This document shows positions 28,886-39,396 of a stretch of DNA of 64,000 nt, in pieces (position 1 is the stretch's first letter; every line of letters begins with the position of its first letter). The notes under the pieces are model-generated. The model saw only the letters and a program-made list of their open reading frames with translations. It had not been told where the DNA came from and did no database searches. Made by a program: the position numbers and the translations under genes. This DNA is from an uncultured delta proteobacterium. GTDB taxonomy: Bacteria > Myxococcota_A > Polyangia > Polyangiales > Houyiibacteriaceae. Location of the stretch: NCBI GenBank assembly GCA_963712235.1, contig CAVQHC010000009.1, positions 137,086-201,085 on the forward strand, written 5' to 3'.

Positions 28886-29755
28886 TCAGCGTGTGATTTC
28901 GGTGCCGATGCCTTCGTCGGTGAAGATTTCGAGGAGCACCGCGTGACGGACGCGCCCGTCGATGATGTGCACCTTCCGCACGCCCCCGGCCAGGGCGCTC
29001 AACGCGCAGTCGACTTTCGGAATCATCCCACCCTCGATGACACCCTCCTGCTTGAGGGCGTCGATCTCGGCGGCGCTCAGTGAGCTCGCCACTTTGCCAT
29101 CCAGGCCGCGTACGCCTTCGATGTCAGTGAGGAGCATGAACTTGCGGGCGGAAATCGCCTCGGCGACTTTGCCAGCGACCGTGTCAGCGTTGACGTTGAG
29201 CGACCTGCCCTGCGCATCGACCGCCACCGGCGCAATCACTGGAATGAAGCCGTCGTCGACGAGTCGACGGACGATGTCGGGGTTGACCTGCGTGACCGCC
29301 CCAACTCGACCCGGGTCGACCCACTTCCCGCTCTTGGTTTGCATTTGGTCGACCTTCGTTGCGCGAAGGAACGCGTCGTCTTTACCCGTGAGCCCGATCG
29401 GCCGGCCGCCATGACCTGCAATGAGCGAAACGATTTCTGAATTGACCTTGCCACCGAGGACCATCTCGACGACTTCCATCGTGTGATCGTCCGTCACGCG
29501 GAGCCCTTCTAGACGCTCCGAAACTACGCCGAGCGCTTTGAGCATTTGGTCGATCTGAGGCCCTCCGCCGTGCACTACCACTGGATGAAGCCCGACGTAC
29601 TTCATGAGCACCACGTCGCGCGCGAAGCTGTCTCGAAGTGCCGGATCGACCATCGCGTGGCCGCCGTACTTGATGACGAAGATCTCTCCGTGGAAGCTCC
29701 GAATGTAGGGGAGCGCCTCTTGAAGGATCGCGGCTTTCTGGATCAAGTCGTCCAC
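28886..29755 (-). CDS. argB: acetylglutamate kinase
   Basis: FVIKYGGHAM...VVHGGGPQI...NVNADTVAG are canonical ArgB motifs. Confidence 0.9.
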   Translation of the reverse strand: MDDLIQKAAILQEALPYIRSFHGEIFVIKYGGHAMVDPALRDSFARDVVLMKYVGLHPVVVHGGGPQIDQMLKALGVVSERLEGLRVTDDHTMEVVEMVLGGKVNSEIVSLIAGHGGRPIGLTGKDDAFLRATKVDQMQTKSGKWVDPGRVGAVTQVNPDIVRRLVDDGFIPVIAPVAVDAQGRSLNVNADTVAGKVAEAISARKFMLLTDIEGVRGLDGKVASSLSAAEIDALKQEGVIEGGMIPKVDCALSALAGGVRKVHIIDGRVRHAVLLEIFTDEGIGTEITR

Positions 29756-29776
29756 GGGGCGCCTATAGCATACCGA

Positions 29777-31564
29777 TTAGGCGGCGGCGCTCTGCAGGCG
29801 ACTCAGCGTGTCGAGGTCATCCACGATTTGGCGGAGATTCTCGGCGAACGCCTTTCGTCTATCGCGAACCTCCCGCCCCGTGCCTGAAAGCAGGCCGCGG
29901 TGCCCAGCAAGCGTCAAGGCGTTGCGGAAGAGCTCGAGGGTCACCGACTCTGCGCTGTGGAGCTTCGCCTGCAAGACCTGCTGCTGCCCAAAGCCGAGGC
30001 AACGCTCGAGGAGCAAGCTTTCGTCGACTTCACGATCGTGCGGCCAACGTGCGAGCTGGTCTGCAACCACACGGTAAGCGTCGAAGAACGGGCGCAGGAT
30101 CAGGTGTGCGAGATGCGGCCGAGAGCGCTCGAACCAACGCTCGAGCTGCTCACGCGTCACCACCGGCTCTCGCACCTGCTGCCCCGCCCAGTCCGGATCG
30201 AAGAGCGCGACTTCGGCCCGCAGCTCCTCGTTGAACTCGGCGCGCGACGCGAAGAAGAACTCGAACTTGAGGAGCTGTCTCAGGCTCATGGCGTAGTTCC
30301 AGATCGACTCTCGCAAGTCGCCTACGCAATGTTCGCGGGCCATGAAGGTCGCAAGCTCGGCGATGGCGCGATTGACTAAGAGGTGGATGAGTGTGTTGCG
30401 GTAAAACGCGGCCACCAGGTGCTGCTCGGGTGCGATGTACCAGACGGTTTGGTCGCCGCCGGTGAATCGTTCGAGCACGCCGGATTCGGTGAGCTTGTCG
30501 AGCGTGCTCGTAATCCACCCTGCGTCTTCGAGTTGTGCGCCCAGAGTGGTGGGCGTCGTCGGGTGGTCTCTGAGGTAGCTCAAAATGGGCGCCATGGCCT
30601 CGAGCGTTTCGTCGAGGGTGAGGGCACGCTCGGCGCCCAAGAGCGCAAAGGTGACGATTGCCGTCGGTATGGCCGGGGTTGCGCGGTTGATGCGGTGACA
30701 GACTTCGACAGCGAAACGCTCGACCTCTTTTCCTTCGGCGCGAGGATCGCGCGCGATCTCCGTCAGGCGCGCCCGCATCCCGATCGGCTCTCCGAAATCG
30801 ATGCGGACTCCACTCATGCGCCCCGGCTGCGTCCGCGCAAACCTCAGCAGCCAAGCGAGGCCTTCGGGCCTCTTGCTTCCACCGAGGGCCTCGGCGGTCA
30901 TGGAGGCCACTTCCGCGAGCTGCTCGTACACTACGGACACGGGGACCACCATGGCGTCCGGGCCCTCGCTGGCACGCACTGCGTCGACCACGTAGCGCAA
31001 CGCGCCGTACCGAGGCGGACGCAGCTTTCCGGTTCGGCTCCGGCCGCCCTCAATCGACCAGCTCAGGTTCTGCCCCGTTTCGACGAGGTGCCCGAGGTAG
31101 GAGCGAAGAGCAAATCGGTAGACTGGATTGTCGTGCGTGTCCCGGCGAATGTAGAGAACGCCCGCGCGGCGTAGAATCGGCCCGATCGGCCAGAAGTCGA
31201 GGTTGTCGCCACCGAGGACGTACGCCGGTCTGATGCCAGCCTCCTGAGCGACCTGCTCCAGATAAAACATGTCGAGGTACGAGCGGTGGGACGGAAGCCA
31301 GATGATCGCATGCTCTTTATCGAGCTCCCGCAACCTCGCCAAAGACTCGCGATCGACGTCGATCCTGTAGCGGCGCGAAAGAATCGCACCCATCCCTCGG
31401 TAGGCGGCGGTGGCCGCGGCGTCGTGCCGAGCGATCATCTCACCGAACGCACGTAGGGCGAGCCTCTCGAGCTTGGGCAGGGGCTCGTGGAGCTCCTCAC
31501 TGAGCTTGATGAGCCCGCTGTGAAAGCGCTCCCCCTGCATGATGGTTGCGATGGTCGCCTCCAC
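29777..31564 (-). CDS. PlsB-like glycerol-3-phosphate/lysophospholipid acyltransferase (595 aa)
   Basis: Acyltransferase block I PSHRSYLDMF (HxxxxD), then IEGGRSRTGK (block III-like), followed by a long helical C-terminal region as in PlsB-type GPATs. Confidence 0.7.
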   Translation of the reverse strand: MEATIATIMQGERFHSGLIKLSEELHEPLPKLERLALRAFGEMIARHDAAATAAYRGMGAILSRRYRIDVDRESLARLRELDKEHAIIWLPSHRSYLDMFYLEQVAQEAGIRPAYVLGGDNLDFWPIGPILRRAGVLYIRRDTHDNPVYRFALRSYLGHLVETGQNLSWSIEGGRSRTGKLRPPRYGALRYVVDAVRASEGPDAMVVPVSVVYEQLAEVASMTAEALGGSKRPEGLAWLLRFARTQPGRMSGVRIDFGEPIGMRARLTEIARDPRAEGKEVERFAVEVCHRINRATPAIPTAIVTFALLGAERALTLDETLEAMAPILSYLRDHPTTPTTLGAQLEDAGWITSTLDKLTESGVLERFTGGDQTVWYIAPEQHLVAAFYRNTLIHLLVNRAIAELATFMAREHCVGDLRESIWNYAMSLRQLLKFEFFFASRAEFNEELRAEVALFDPDWAGQQVREPVVTREQLERWFERSRPHLAHLILRPFFDAYRVVADQLARWPHDREVDESLLLERCLGFGQQQVLQAKLHSAESVTLELFRNALTLAGHRGLLSGTGREVRDRRKAFAENLRQIVDDLDTLSRLQSAAA

Positions 31565-31566
31565 GG

Positions 31567-33015
31567 TCAGGCTCCCTTGGCCGACCCGTCGAGGATTGCG
31601 ATGTAGCTGTTTCGAACTTTGCCAATTTCATCGTCGAGGCTGTCGAGCGTCCAACGAGACGTATCGACGGGCGGGAGGATCACAGCCTCGACAACTGCCG
31701 GGCGCACCACCAGAGCGCCTTTGGGAAGTGCGTCGAGGACGTTGCGAAACACCACTGGAACGATGGGCACGCCGGCGTCCATGGCCAAGCGGAATGCGCC
31801 CTTCTTGAACGGGCCAACCGCCGTCGTGGTCGAGCGCGTGCCTTCGGGAGCGATGATCAAGGAGCGCCCGTGGCGAAGGGCTTCCAAAGCAGGCCCGAGC
31901 GATTCGATGGCCTTGGCGGTGTTCGAGCGGTCGATGAAGACCGCGCCGGCGGCCTGGAACAGCGGACCAAAGATCGGATTGTGACGAATCTCTTGCTTGG
32001 CGATGCCCGTAAAATCTCGACGCAGGAGCTTGAGCAACAGGATCAACTCGAGCCCGCTTTGATGATTGAAGATGAAGACGGCGGGGCGATGCGACCAGAG
32101 GTGCTCCTGGCCCTCGACCCGCAGGTCGATGCCCGCAGCCGACGCGGCCAGATCTCCCCAGACCGACCCCATCACGTTGATCGCTTCGCGCTTGGAGCGG
32201 TTGAGGAGCCCGGCAGCGAGGCCGAACCCGACCGACGGCACGAGGCTTCCGTAGAGAAGCCCGGTGCGAACGATGTCCCCCATGGTCGGCCGGCCGCGGC
32301 TGGTGAAGCGGCGCACGGGCCACTGCCGCTCCTTGGCGATCTGTGCGAGCTTTCGATTTGGATTCAATGGACGCGGACGGCCCACGAGGTCGAACAGCGG
32401 CAGGTCCTCGTGACTGTCGGAATAGAAGTAGCTCTCGTCGAGGTCGAGGTCGTACTTCGCGGCAAGGCTCCGCCCGGCAATCGCCTTTCCTTCGCCGTAG
32501 CAAGTCGGCTTGACGACTTTGCCGTTGAGGATTCCATCTTCGACGCCGAGACGGGTGTAAAGCAGGTGTTCGATTCCGAGCTCGCGCGCGACCGGCTCGG
32601 CCTGGTAGCGGGTTGCCGAGGTGATGATCGCGACGGTATGACCCATGTCCTGGTGCGCTCTGACCAAGGCCCGCGACTCGGGGTAGATCTCGGTCACTAG
32701 GTAGTTCTCGAAGACGCGCTGCCCTGCCTCTTCGAGCACGCTTTCGGCCATCCCGCGATAGACGGCGGACGTGGCCGTCACGAACGCCGAGAATCCGGTT
32801 CGGCCCATCGTGAACGAAAGGGTGGCGCGGAGGGAATCGGCCAGGTCTCTGGGCGTGAGCCGGCCCGTCGCGAACTGGTCGCGCGTAAACGGAGTCGCGG
32901 AAAAGCCCGCGAAGAGCGTTTGATCGAGATCGAAGAACGCCCCGATTCCCGGGCCCGACGGCCCGGTTCGAATCTCCTCGGTGAGCTGCTGGTGGAGGGT
33001 CATGTGAGCCGGCAA
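31567..33015 (-). CDS. HAD-IB phosphatase-like domain fused to a PlsC-type 1-acyl-sn-glycerol-3-phosphate acyltransferase domain
   Basis: N-terminal FFDLDQTLF (HAD motif I) and SDSHEDLPL. C-terminal FNHQSGLELILL (NHxxxx[D/E]) and IAPEGTRS (block III). Confidence 0.75.
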   Translation of the reverse strand: MPAHMTLHQQLTEEIRTGPSGPGIGAFFDLDQTLFAGFSATPFTRDQFATGRLTPRDLADSLRATLSFTMGRTGFSAFVTATSAVYRGMAESVLEEAGQRVFENYLVTEIYPESRALVRAHQDMGHTVAIITSATRYQAEPVARELGIEHLLYTRLGVEDGILNGKVVKPTCYGEGKAIAGRSLAAKYDLDLDESYFYSDSHEDLPLFDLVGRPRPLNPNRKLAQIAKERQWPVRRFTSRGRPTMGDIVRTGLLYGSLVPSVGFGLAAGLLNRSKREAINVMGSVWGDLAASAAGIDLRVEGQEHLWSHRPAVFIFNHQSGLELILLLKLLRRDFTGIAKQEIRHNPIFGPLFQAAGAVFIDRSNTAKAIESLGPALEALRHGRSLIIAPEGTRSTTTAVGPFKKGAFRLAMDAGVPIVPVVFRNVLDALPKGALVVRPAVVEAVILPPVDTSRWTLDSLDDEIGKVRNSYIAILDGSAKGA

Positions 33016-33382
33016 GCATACCGCAACTTGGTTCGGTCTTGTCGGCTAGCATGGGCGTTGGGCCCGATTTTCTTCCGACAACGCTTCCGGGCTGGCGAGA
33101 AAACCCGTGGATCCTGGACCATGCTCTCGTTCGTGCTCATCGCCTGGCTCACGGGAGGCACGGCGCCAGCTGGCGCTTTCGGATGCCGTTACACGACGGC
33201 GTGAGTCGTGTCGCCGATGTTGAAGTCGGTGTCCGAGACCTCGAGGGTGGAATCGAGAAGGTACGCGATGGTGCAGCGGTACGAGGCACTCATGGACTTT
33301 GGGACACCCGCGGCCAAAGAGAGCCCGACGAGCAGGGCGAAAGGTCATTTCACCGTGACTGTGGTAAACGTCATTCGCGGAG

Positions 33383-34444
33383 ATGTACACCAAAAGGAAC
33401 TACTCGCTCAAAGACATGGCCTGGTGGACTCGGCAGGACACCTTTGTCCTGCTGATCATCGCGCTGGTCCCGGTCATCCTTTACGAGTTGCTCGATCTGC
33501 GATGGCTCCACCTGCCCTGGCTGCCCATCGCTCTCATCGGTACGGCCGTCGCGTTCATCATCAGCTTCCAAAACAACGCCAGCTACGACCGTGTCTGGGA
33601 GGCACGAAAGATCTGGGGCGGCATCGTCAACACCTCGAGAGCCTGGGGCATCGTGGTCAACGATTTCATCACGAACGACTTCACTTCGGATCACGTCAGC
33701 GACACCGAGCTTGCCGCAATCCGCGAAGAGCTCATCTTCCGACACATCGGCTGGCTCACCGCGCTCCGGCACGCGATGCGACAACCCAGGCCATGGGAGC
33801 ACTCGATGCTCCACCCCTCCAACAAGGAGTGGGAGAACGCGATTGGCGTCCGTGAGCGGAGCCACTCGCTCGAAGAAGAGCTCGAGCCCTACCTCTCGAA
33901 GGACCAGCTCGACTACGTGCTTTCCAAGTCGAACAAATCGACCCAGCTGCTTTCGCTGCAGTCCAAACAGCTTCGCCACCTTCGAACGCGTGGCTTGATC
34001 GACGACTTTCGGCACATGGAAATGGAAAACATCCTCGTCGAGCTGTACGCGCTCCAGGGGAAGTCGGAGCGCATCAAGAACTTTCCCTACCCGCGGCAAT
34101 ACGCGACGCTAAACTCGTTTTTCTTGTGGATCTTCGTGCTCTTGCTGCCGTTTGGCGTGATGTTCGAGTTCGACAAGATCGGAACGTCGCTGAGGGACAG
34201 CTATCCAATCGTGAGCTCGAACTTCGTTTGGCTGAGCGTGCCGTTTAGCGTTCTCGTCATGTGGGTGTTTCACACCATGGAGAGGATTGGGCGCGTCAGC
34301 GAGAACCCATTCGAGGGCACACCCAACGACGTGCCGATTACCACAATTTCCCGAGGCATCGAAATCGACCTGCGCGAAATGCTGGACGAGGCGCCTGCAA
34401 CGATCCCGCCTCCGATCGAGGCCCGATATCACACTCAGACCTGA
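33383..34444 (+). CDS. bestrophin-family (UPF0187/YneE-like) ion channel
   Basis: The 4-TM topology and the N-terminal signature ...LPIALIGTAVAFIISFQNNASYDRVWEARKIWGGIVNTSRAW resemble bacterial bestrophin homologues. Confidence 0.8.
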   Translation: MYTKRNYSLKDMAWWTRQDTFVLLIIALVPVILYELLDLRWLHLPWLPIALIGTAVAFIISFQNNASYDRVWEARKIWGGIVNTSRAWGIVVNDFITNDFTSDHVSDTELAAIREELIFRHIGWLTALRHAMRQPRPWEHSMLHPSNKEWENAIGVRERSHSLEEELEPYLSKDQLDYVLSKSNKSTQLLSLQSKQLRHLRTRGLIDDFRHMEMENILVELYALQGKSERIKNFPYPRQYATLNSFFLWIFVLLLPFGVMFEFDKIGTSLRDSYPIVSSNFVWLSVPFSVLVMWVFHTMERIGRVSENPFEGTPNDVPITTISRGIEIDLREMLDEAPATIPPPIEARYHTQT

Positions 34445-34452
34445 GAGAAGCC

Positions 34453-35091
34453 ATGAGCAAATACGACGAAGTCTTCCAAAACAACCGCCGATGGGTCGAG
34501 CAGAGCACCAAGAGCGACCCCGACTTCTTCAGGCGGCTCGCCACCTCGCAGGACCCTGACTTCTTATTCATCGGATGCTCCGACAGTCGCGTGCCTGCGA
34601 ACCAAATCATGGGACTCGACCCAGGGCAGGTGTTTGTCCATCGCAACGTCGCCAATCTGGTCGTCGGCACTGACATCAATGCGCAGTCGGTCATCGAGTA
34701 TGCGGTGGGCACCCTGGACGTGGAACACATCGTCGTCTGTGGGCACTACGGTTGCGGCGGCGTCGCCGCGGCCATGCAGCCGGCCGACCTCGGTCTGCTC
34801 AACGGCTGGCTCAGGGAAATCCGCGACGTCTACCGGATGTACCAAGATGAGCTCGATGGAATCAAAAATCAGGATGCCCGCTACCGCCGGCTCATCGAGC
34901 TCAACATCCAAGAGCAGTGCGTCAACATCATCAAAACCGCCGTGGTGCAGAAGACCTACCTCCGAACCGGACACCCCCTCGTGCACGGCTGGGTGTACGA
35001 CGTTTCCAACGGCCTTCTGCACGACCTGAAGATCCCCTTCGATGAAATCCTCGGCAAGATCCAGAAGATCTACGACCTCGGCGCGAAGTAG
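34453..35091 (+). CDS. can: beta-class carbonic anhydrase (Can/CynT2 type)
   Basis: FLFIGCSDSRVPANQIMGLDPGQVFVHRNVANLV and VCGHYGCGGV (CxDxR and HxxC zinc ligands). It aligns along its whole length with my recollection of E. coli Can. Start at the internal ATG at 34453, 9 nt after the bestrophin stop. Confidence 0.9.
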   Translation: MSKYDEVFQNNRRWVEQSTKSDPDFFRRLATSQDPDFLFIGCSDSRVPANQIMGLDPGQVFVHRNVANLVVGTDINAQSVIEYAVGTLDVEHIVVCGHYGCGGVAAAMQPADLGLLNGWLREIRDVYRMYQDELDGIKNQDARYRRLIELNIQEQCVNIIKTAVVQKTYLRTGHPLVHGWVYDVSNGLLHDLKIPFDEILGKIQKIYDLGAK

Positions 35092-35124
35092 GCGGCTGGC
35101 CCGCAGAGGCGGCTCCGAGCGCGG

Positions 35125-36540
35125 CTAGAGAATGTACCTGGCGAGGTCTTCGTCGGCGAGGATGGGATCGAGCGCAGCCTTTACGCGGTCGACGTCTACG
35201 ACGTATTTCGAGTGCGCGCGCTCCGACGCGTCGTAGGAGAGCTCTTCGAGAAGCGCTTCCATGATCGTGTAGAGGCGACGGGCGCCGATGTTCTCGGCCC
35301 TTCGGTTCGCCTCGGCTGCGTAGCCAGCGAGTGAGTCGATGGCTTCGGGCTCGAAGACGACCTCGATGCCCTCGGTCGCCATCAGAGCCTGATACTGCTT
35401 GGTCAGCGCATTCTTGGGCTCGGTGAGAATCTTGATGAAGTCGTCCTTCTCGAGCGAGTCGAGCTCGACTCGAATTGGAAAGCGGCCCTGGAGCTCGGGA
35501 ATCAGGTCCGAGACTTTCGAGACGTGAAAGGCGCCCGCTGCAATGAACAAAATGTGATCGGTGTTGACGGTGCCGTACTTGGTGCTCACCGTCGAGCCTT
35601 CGACGATCGGGAGCAGGTCGCGCTGCACGCCTTCCCTCGACACGTCGGGGCCTCCGTGACTGCGATCGGAGCCCACCTTGTCGATTTCGTCCAAGAACAC
35701 GATGCCGGCCTGCTCGGTGCGCTGCACGGCGTCTCGCTGAACCTTGTCGTGGTCGATCAGTTTCTTCGCTTCTTGCTGCTGCAGAACGTCGAGCGCCTCG
35801 GGAATCTTCAGGCGGCGTCGCTTCGTCCGCCCTTTGAAGCCTGGCATCTGCGACATCATGTCCTGCAGGTTCACCTCTTCGGTGCCCTGCGCTCCGAAAA
35901 TCGTCATGAAGGGGTTGTTGGTGTCGGTGACATCGAGCTCGACCTCGGCATCGTCCAACTGGCCGCTACGAAGCTGCTGCCGAATGTCGTTGACCTCGCT
36001 GTCCGAGTAGAAGGGCTGCGGCTGTGCCGCCTGCGGGGGCGAAATCTGAAAGCTCAAAGGCCCAAACTGGTGGGTTTGCGCGGCCGGCTCCGCCTGCTGT
36101 GCCTGGGTGGGCGGCCGTCGAGCGGCGAGGACCATCTTGGCGAGCCGCTCTTCGGCTGCGTCCTCCGCGCGCGTCTGCACAGACTCGAGGGCTTCCTTTT
36201 CGCAGATCTGAATCGCGTTTTCGACGAGGTCGCGAATCATCGACTCGACGTCGCGCCCCACGTAGCCCACCTCGGTGAACTTCGAGGCTTCGACCTTGAC
36301 GAACGGCGCGCGCGCAAGCTTAGCGAGGCGGCGTGCAATTTCGGTCTTACCGACACCGGTCGGCCCAATCATGATGATGTTGCGCGGCGCGATTTCATCG
36401 CGGAGCTCGCTCGCCACCTGTTGGCGGCGCCAGCGATTTCGAAGCGCGATGGCCACCGCACGCTTGGCCTTGTGTTGCCCAATGATGTAGCGGTCGAGCT
36501 CGCCAACCGTCTCGCGCGGGGTGAAGTTCCCTAGCGTCAT
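35125..36540 (-). CDS. hslU: ATP-dependent protease ATPase subunit HslU
   Basis: [33 protein letters not shown], Walker [27 protein letters not shown]. The start ATG overlaps the hslV stop. Confidence 0.92.
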   Translation of the reverse strand: MTLGNFTPRETVGELDRYIIGQHKAKRAVAIALRNRWRRQQVASELRDEIAPRNIIMIGPTGVGKTEIARRLAKLARAPFVKVEASKFTEVGYVGRDVESMIRDLVENAIQICEKEALESVQTRAEDAAEERLAKMVLAARRPPTQAQQAEPAAQTHQFGPLSFQISPPQAAQPQPFYSDSEVNDIRQQLRSGQLDDAEVELDVTDTNNPFMTIFGAQGTEEVNLQDMMSQMPGFKGRTKRRRLKIPEALDVLQQQEAKKLIDHDKVQRDAVQRTEQAGIVFLDEIDKVGSDRSHGGPDVSREGVQRDLLPIVEGSTVSTKYGTVNTDHILFIAAGAFHVSKVSDLIPELQGRFPIRVELDSLEKDDFIKILTEPKNALTKQYQALMATEGIEVVFEPEAIDSLAGYAAEANRRAENIGARRLYTIMEALLEELSYDASERAHSKYVVDVDRVKAALDPILADEDLARYIL

Positions 36541-37091
36541 CCGCTCATCTCCTCGACGATGATTTCGTTGTTCGTATAAATGCAAATCTCTGCTGCGATT
36601 TCGAGCGAGCGGCGCGCGATCTCGACGGCGGGGAAGTCGGTGCTGCGCATCAGAGCGCGAGCGGCAGCCAAGGCATAGGACCCACCCGAGCCAATGGCGA
36701 TGACACCCTCGTCCGGCTCGATGACGTCACCCGTGCCGCTGATCAAGAGGGTCGATTCGGCGTTCATCACGACCAGCATCGCCTCCAGCCGACGTAGATA
36801 GCGATCGGTCCGCCAATCCTTCGCAAGCTCGACCGCGGCGCGTTGCAGGCTACCCCGATGCTCTTTGAGCTTTGCCTCGAACCGGTCGAGAAGCGTGAAC
36901 GCATCGGCGGTCGCTCCGGCAAAGCCAGCCACCACCTTCCCTTCGGCGATTCGCCGCACCTTCCTGGCCTGGCCCTTCATGACGGTCTGGCCGAGTGACA
37001 CCTGGCCGTCGCCGGCCATGGCGGCTTGGCCATTTCGGCGAACCGCAACGATGGTGGTGGAACGAAAAACGGGCGGATCAGGCTGATTCAT
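36537..37091 (-). CDS. hslV: ATP-dependent protease subunit HslV
   Basis: [37 protein letters not shown] contains the N-terminal Thr nucleophile context. Confidence 0.92.
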   Translation of the reverse strand: MNQPDPPVFRSTTIVAVRRNGQAAMAGDGQVSLGQTVMKGQARKVRRIAEGKVVAGFAGATADAFTLLDRFEAKLKEHRGSLQRAAVELAKDWRTDRYLRRLEAMLVVMNAESTLLISGTGDVIEPDEGVIAIGSGGSYALAAARALMRSTDFPAVEIARRSLEIAAEICIYTNNEIIVEEMSG

Positions 37092-37127
37092 CTTGGTCGA
37101 AGCAACCTAAGTCGGCCTTTTGGGCTG

Positions 37128-38072
37128 TCAACCGTCGCTCGCTTTGTCCTTTGCAAGCGGGTGGGCGCGGTCGTAGACCTCCATGAGGCGATCGACGCTG
37201 ACATGCGTATATCGCTGGGTCGTCGACAGGCTGGAGTGTCCGAGCAGTTCCTGTATCGAACGAAGATCAGCGCCCGCGTCGAGCAGATGCGTCGCACAGC
37301 TGTGCCGCATCGCATGGGGATGAAGGTCACTTCGCCCTGCCCCGAGCGTCCCGTGGCGCCGTACGATGTTCTGCACCTGCCGAACGCCTAGCCGCTTCCC
37401 GTTGCGCGAAAGCCAGAGCGCATCGGGGTCGCCGTCCTTGGCTTTCACCAGCAGGCCGCGCCGCGCGGGCAAGTAGACCTCGAGCGCTTCGAGCGAAGAT
37501 TTCCCGAGCGGAACGATGCGCTCCTTGCCGCCCTTGCCTAGCACCCTAACCGTCGATTCGCTGAAATCGCAGTGCTCCACGTTCATCCCAGCAAGCTCGC
37601 CCACGCGCACACCCGTCCCGTAAAGCGTCTCGAGCAAGGCCTGGTCGCGTACCATGAGCGGCTTGGCGCGCTTCTCTTCTTTGGGAGGCGCATCCATGAC
37701 GCGAAACGCTTGGTCGACGGTGAGAAACCGAGGCAACGACTTGGCTATCTTCGGCGAACGCAATCCCGACGCTGGATTGTGGTCGATGAGACGTCGCTTC
37801 AAGAGAAATTTGAAGAACGAACGAACCGCGCTCACCTTTTTTTTCATCGTGCTGGCCTGATTGGTGCGGAACAAGCTGCCTAGGAATCCCCTGAGCGCCA
37901 CGATGTCGAGCTCGCGCGCATCGAGAGGCAGCCCCTCCTCGCGGACGAAGTCACGAAAACTTCGCAGGTCGCGGACGTAAGTCTCGACGGTACGCGCCGA
38001 GCTCCTTCGCTCATCCGCCAGGTATTGCGCGAAGGCGTCGATCTGCCGTTCGAGCGGATCCGATGCGCTCAT
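37128..38072 (-). CDS. xerC: tyrosine recombinase XerC/XerD (chromosome dimer resolution)
   Basis: N-terminal SAM-like core-binding domain. Catalytic RVGELAGM...[12 protein letters not shown]...[14 protein letters not shown] (R..HxxR..H..Y). Confidence 0.85.
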   Translation of the reverse strand: MSASDPLERQIDAFAQYLADERRSSARTVETYVRDLRSFRDFVREEGLPLDARELDIVALRGFLGSLFRTNQASTMKKKVSAVRSFFKFLLKRRLIDHNPASGLRSPKIAKSLPRFLTVDQAFRVMDAPPKEEKRAKPLMVRDQALLETLYGTGVRVGELAGMNVEHCDFSESTVRVLGKGGKERIVPLGKSSLEALEVYLPARRGLLVKAKDGDPDALWLSRNGKRLGVRQVQNIVRRHGTLGAGRSDLHPHAMRHSCATHLLDAGADLRSIQELLGHSSLSTTQRYTHVSVDRLMEVYDRAHPLAKDKASDG

Positions 38073-39387
38073 CGTTGAACTCTACCACGCCGCTCAGCCA
38101 GGCCCCGAGATCTTGCAAGGCGCGCGCGGACTGCAGGTCTCGTCGGACGCGCTTGTTGAGCCGCCGACCTTCAACCGCTGGGACCATGCTGAACATCACG
38201 TTCGATGGCTGAAAGTCGTCGTTGGGCTGCCGCAGATGTCCAACCATCCCCCCGAGCATCGTCGTCGCGGGTGGAAACGAAAAGGCGAGCCCTCGCGCCT
38301 CGTGGGCGAGCTTCATCCCGAGCAGCATCCCGCAGGCCGCGCTCTCGACATAGCCCTCGACCCCGCTGATCTGACCGGCAAGATAGACACCCGGCCGCGA
38401 CTGGAGCGCCAAATCATCGTCGAGCACGACAGGGGAGTTCACGAACGTGTTCCGGTGAATGCTGCCAAGCCTTTCGAACTCGGCGTTCTCCAAACCGGGG
38501 ATCATCCGAAAAACCCGCTTTTGTTCGGGCCAAGTCATCCGTGTCTGGAAGCCGACCATGTTGAACGCAGTGCCCGCCTCGTCCTCCTGGCGTAGCTGAA
38601 CGACCGCTTTGGGCCAGCGACCCGTGCGCGGGTCGGTGAGGCCGACCGGTTTCATGCAGCCAAAGGACAGCGTTTTGTGGCCCCTCGCCGCCATCACCTC
38701 GATGGGAAGGCAACCTTCGAAGTATCGAACGTTCTCGAACTCTCGCGCCGACACCTTCTCAGCCTCGAGCAGGGCTTGGACGAACGCGTCGTACTCCTCT
38801 TGGTTGAGCGGGCAGTTGACGTAGGCGTCGTCTCCGCCCTTGTCATAGCGCGAAGCCCGAAACGCCCGCTCGAAGTTGATGGAATCCGCCGAGACGATCG
38901 GCGCGATGGCGTCGTAGTAGGCCAGGTGCTCGGCGCCCACCGCCGACGCGATGTCGTCTGCGAGGCCTCCGGCAGTGAGCGGCCCCGTCGCGATGACGAC
39001 GGGCCGGACGTCGGGAATCCGATCGACGACTTCATGAACCACTTCAATAAGTGGGTGCGCTTCGACGCGGCTTGTGATTTCGGCGCTGAACTTCTCGCGA
39101 TCGACCGCGAAAGCCCCACCTGCAGGCACCTGGTGGATCGTCCCCACCTCCATGACCAGCGAACCTGCGCGGCGCATCTCTTCCTTGAGCAGGCCGACTG
39201 CGTTGTGCAAGGCCGCGCCCCGAAACGAGTTGGAGCAAACCAGCTCTGCCATTTGGTCCGAGTGCTGGGCCGGCGTGCGTGACCTGGGCTTCTGCTCGAT
39301 CAAGCGCACCGAGACGCCGCGCTCGGCCAACTGCCAAGCACATTCGGTGCCCGCGAGGCCCGCACCAATGACGACCAGGTCTGCCAT
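38011..39387 (-). CDS. trmFO: methylenetetrahydrofolate--tRNA-(uracil-5)-methyltransferase TrmFO
   Basis: [29 protein letters not shown] and [14 protein letters not shown]. Its 3' end overlaps the xerC start by 62 nt. Confidence 0.9.
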   Translation of the reverse strand: MADLVVIGAGLAGTECAWQLAERGVSVRLIEQKPRSRTPAQHSDQMAELVCSNSFRGAALHNAVGLLKEEMRRAGSLVMEVGTIHQVPAGGAFAVDREKFSAEITSRVEAHPLIEVVHEVVDRIPDVRPVVIATGPLTAGGLADDIASAVGAEHLAYYDAIAPIVSADSINFERAFRASRYDKGGDDAYVNCPLNQEEYDAFVQALLEAEKVSAREFENVRYFEGCLPIEVMAARGHKTLSFGCMKPVGLTDPRTGRWPKAVVQLRQEDEAGTAFNMVGFQTRMTWPEQKRVFRMIPGLENAEFERLGSIHRNTFVNSPVVLDDDLALQSRPGVYLAGQISGVEGYVESAACGMLLGMKLAHEARGLAFSFPPATTMLGGMVGHLRQPNDDFQPSNVMFSMVPAVEGRRLNKRVRRDLQSARALQDLGAWLSGVVEFNDERIGSARTADRRLRAIPGG

Positions 39388-39396
39388 GGCCGAACC

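Noticed and set aside
37128-38072. Tyrosine recombinase as a marker of an integrated mobile element
   Set aside because: It sits in the widely conserved dprA-topA-trmFO-xerC-hslV-hslU arrangement, with no flanking repeats, phage or transposon genes. It is best read as chromosomal XerC.
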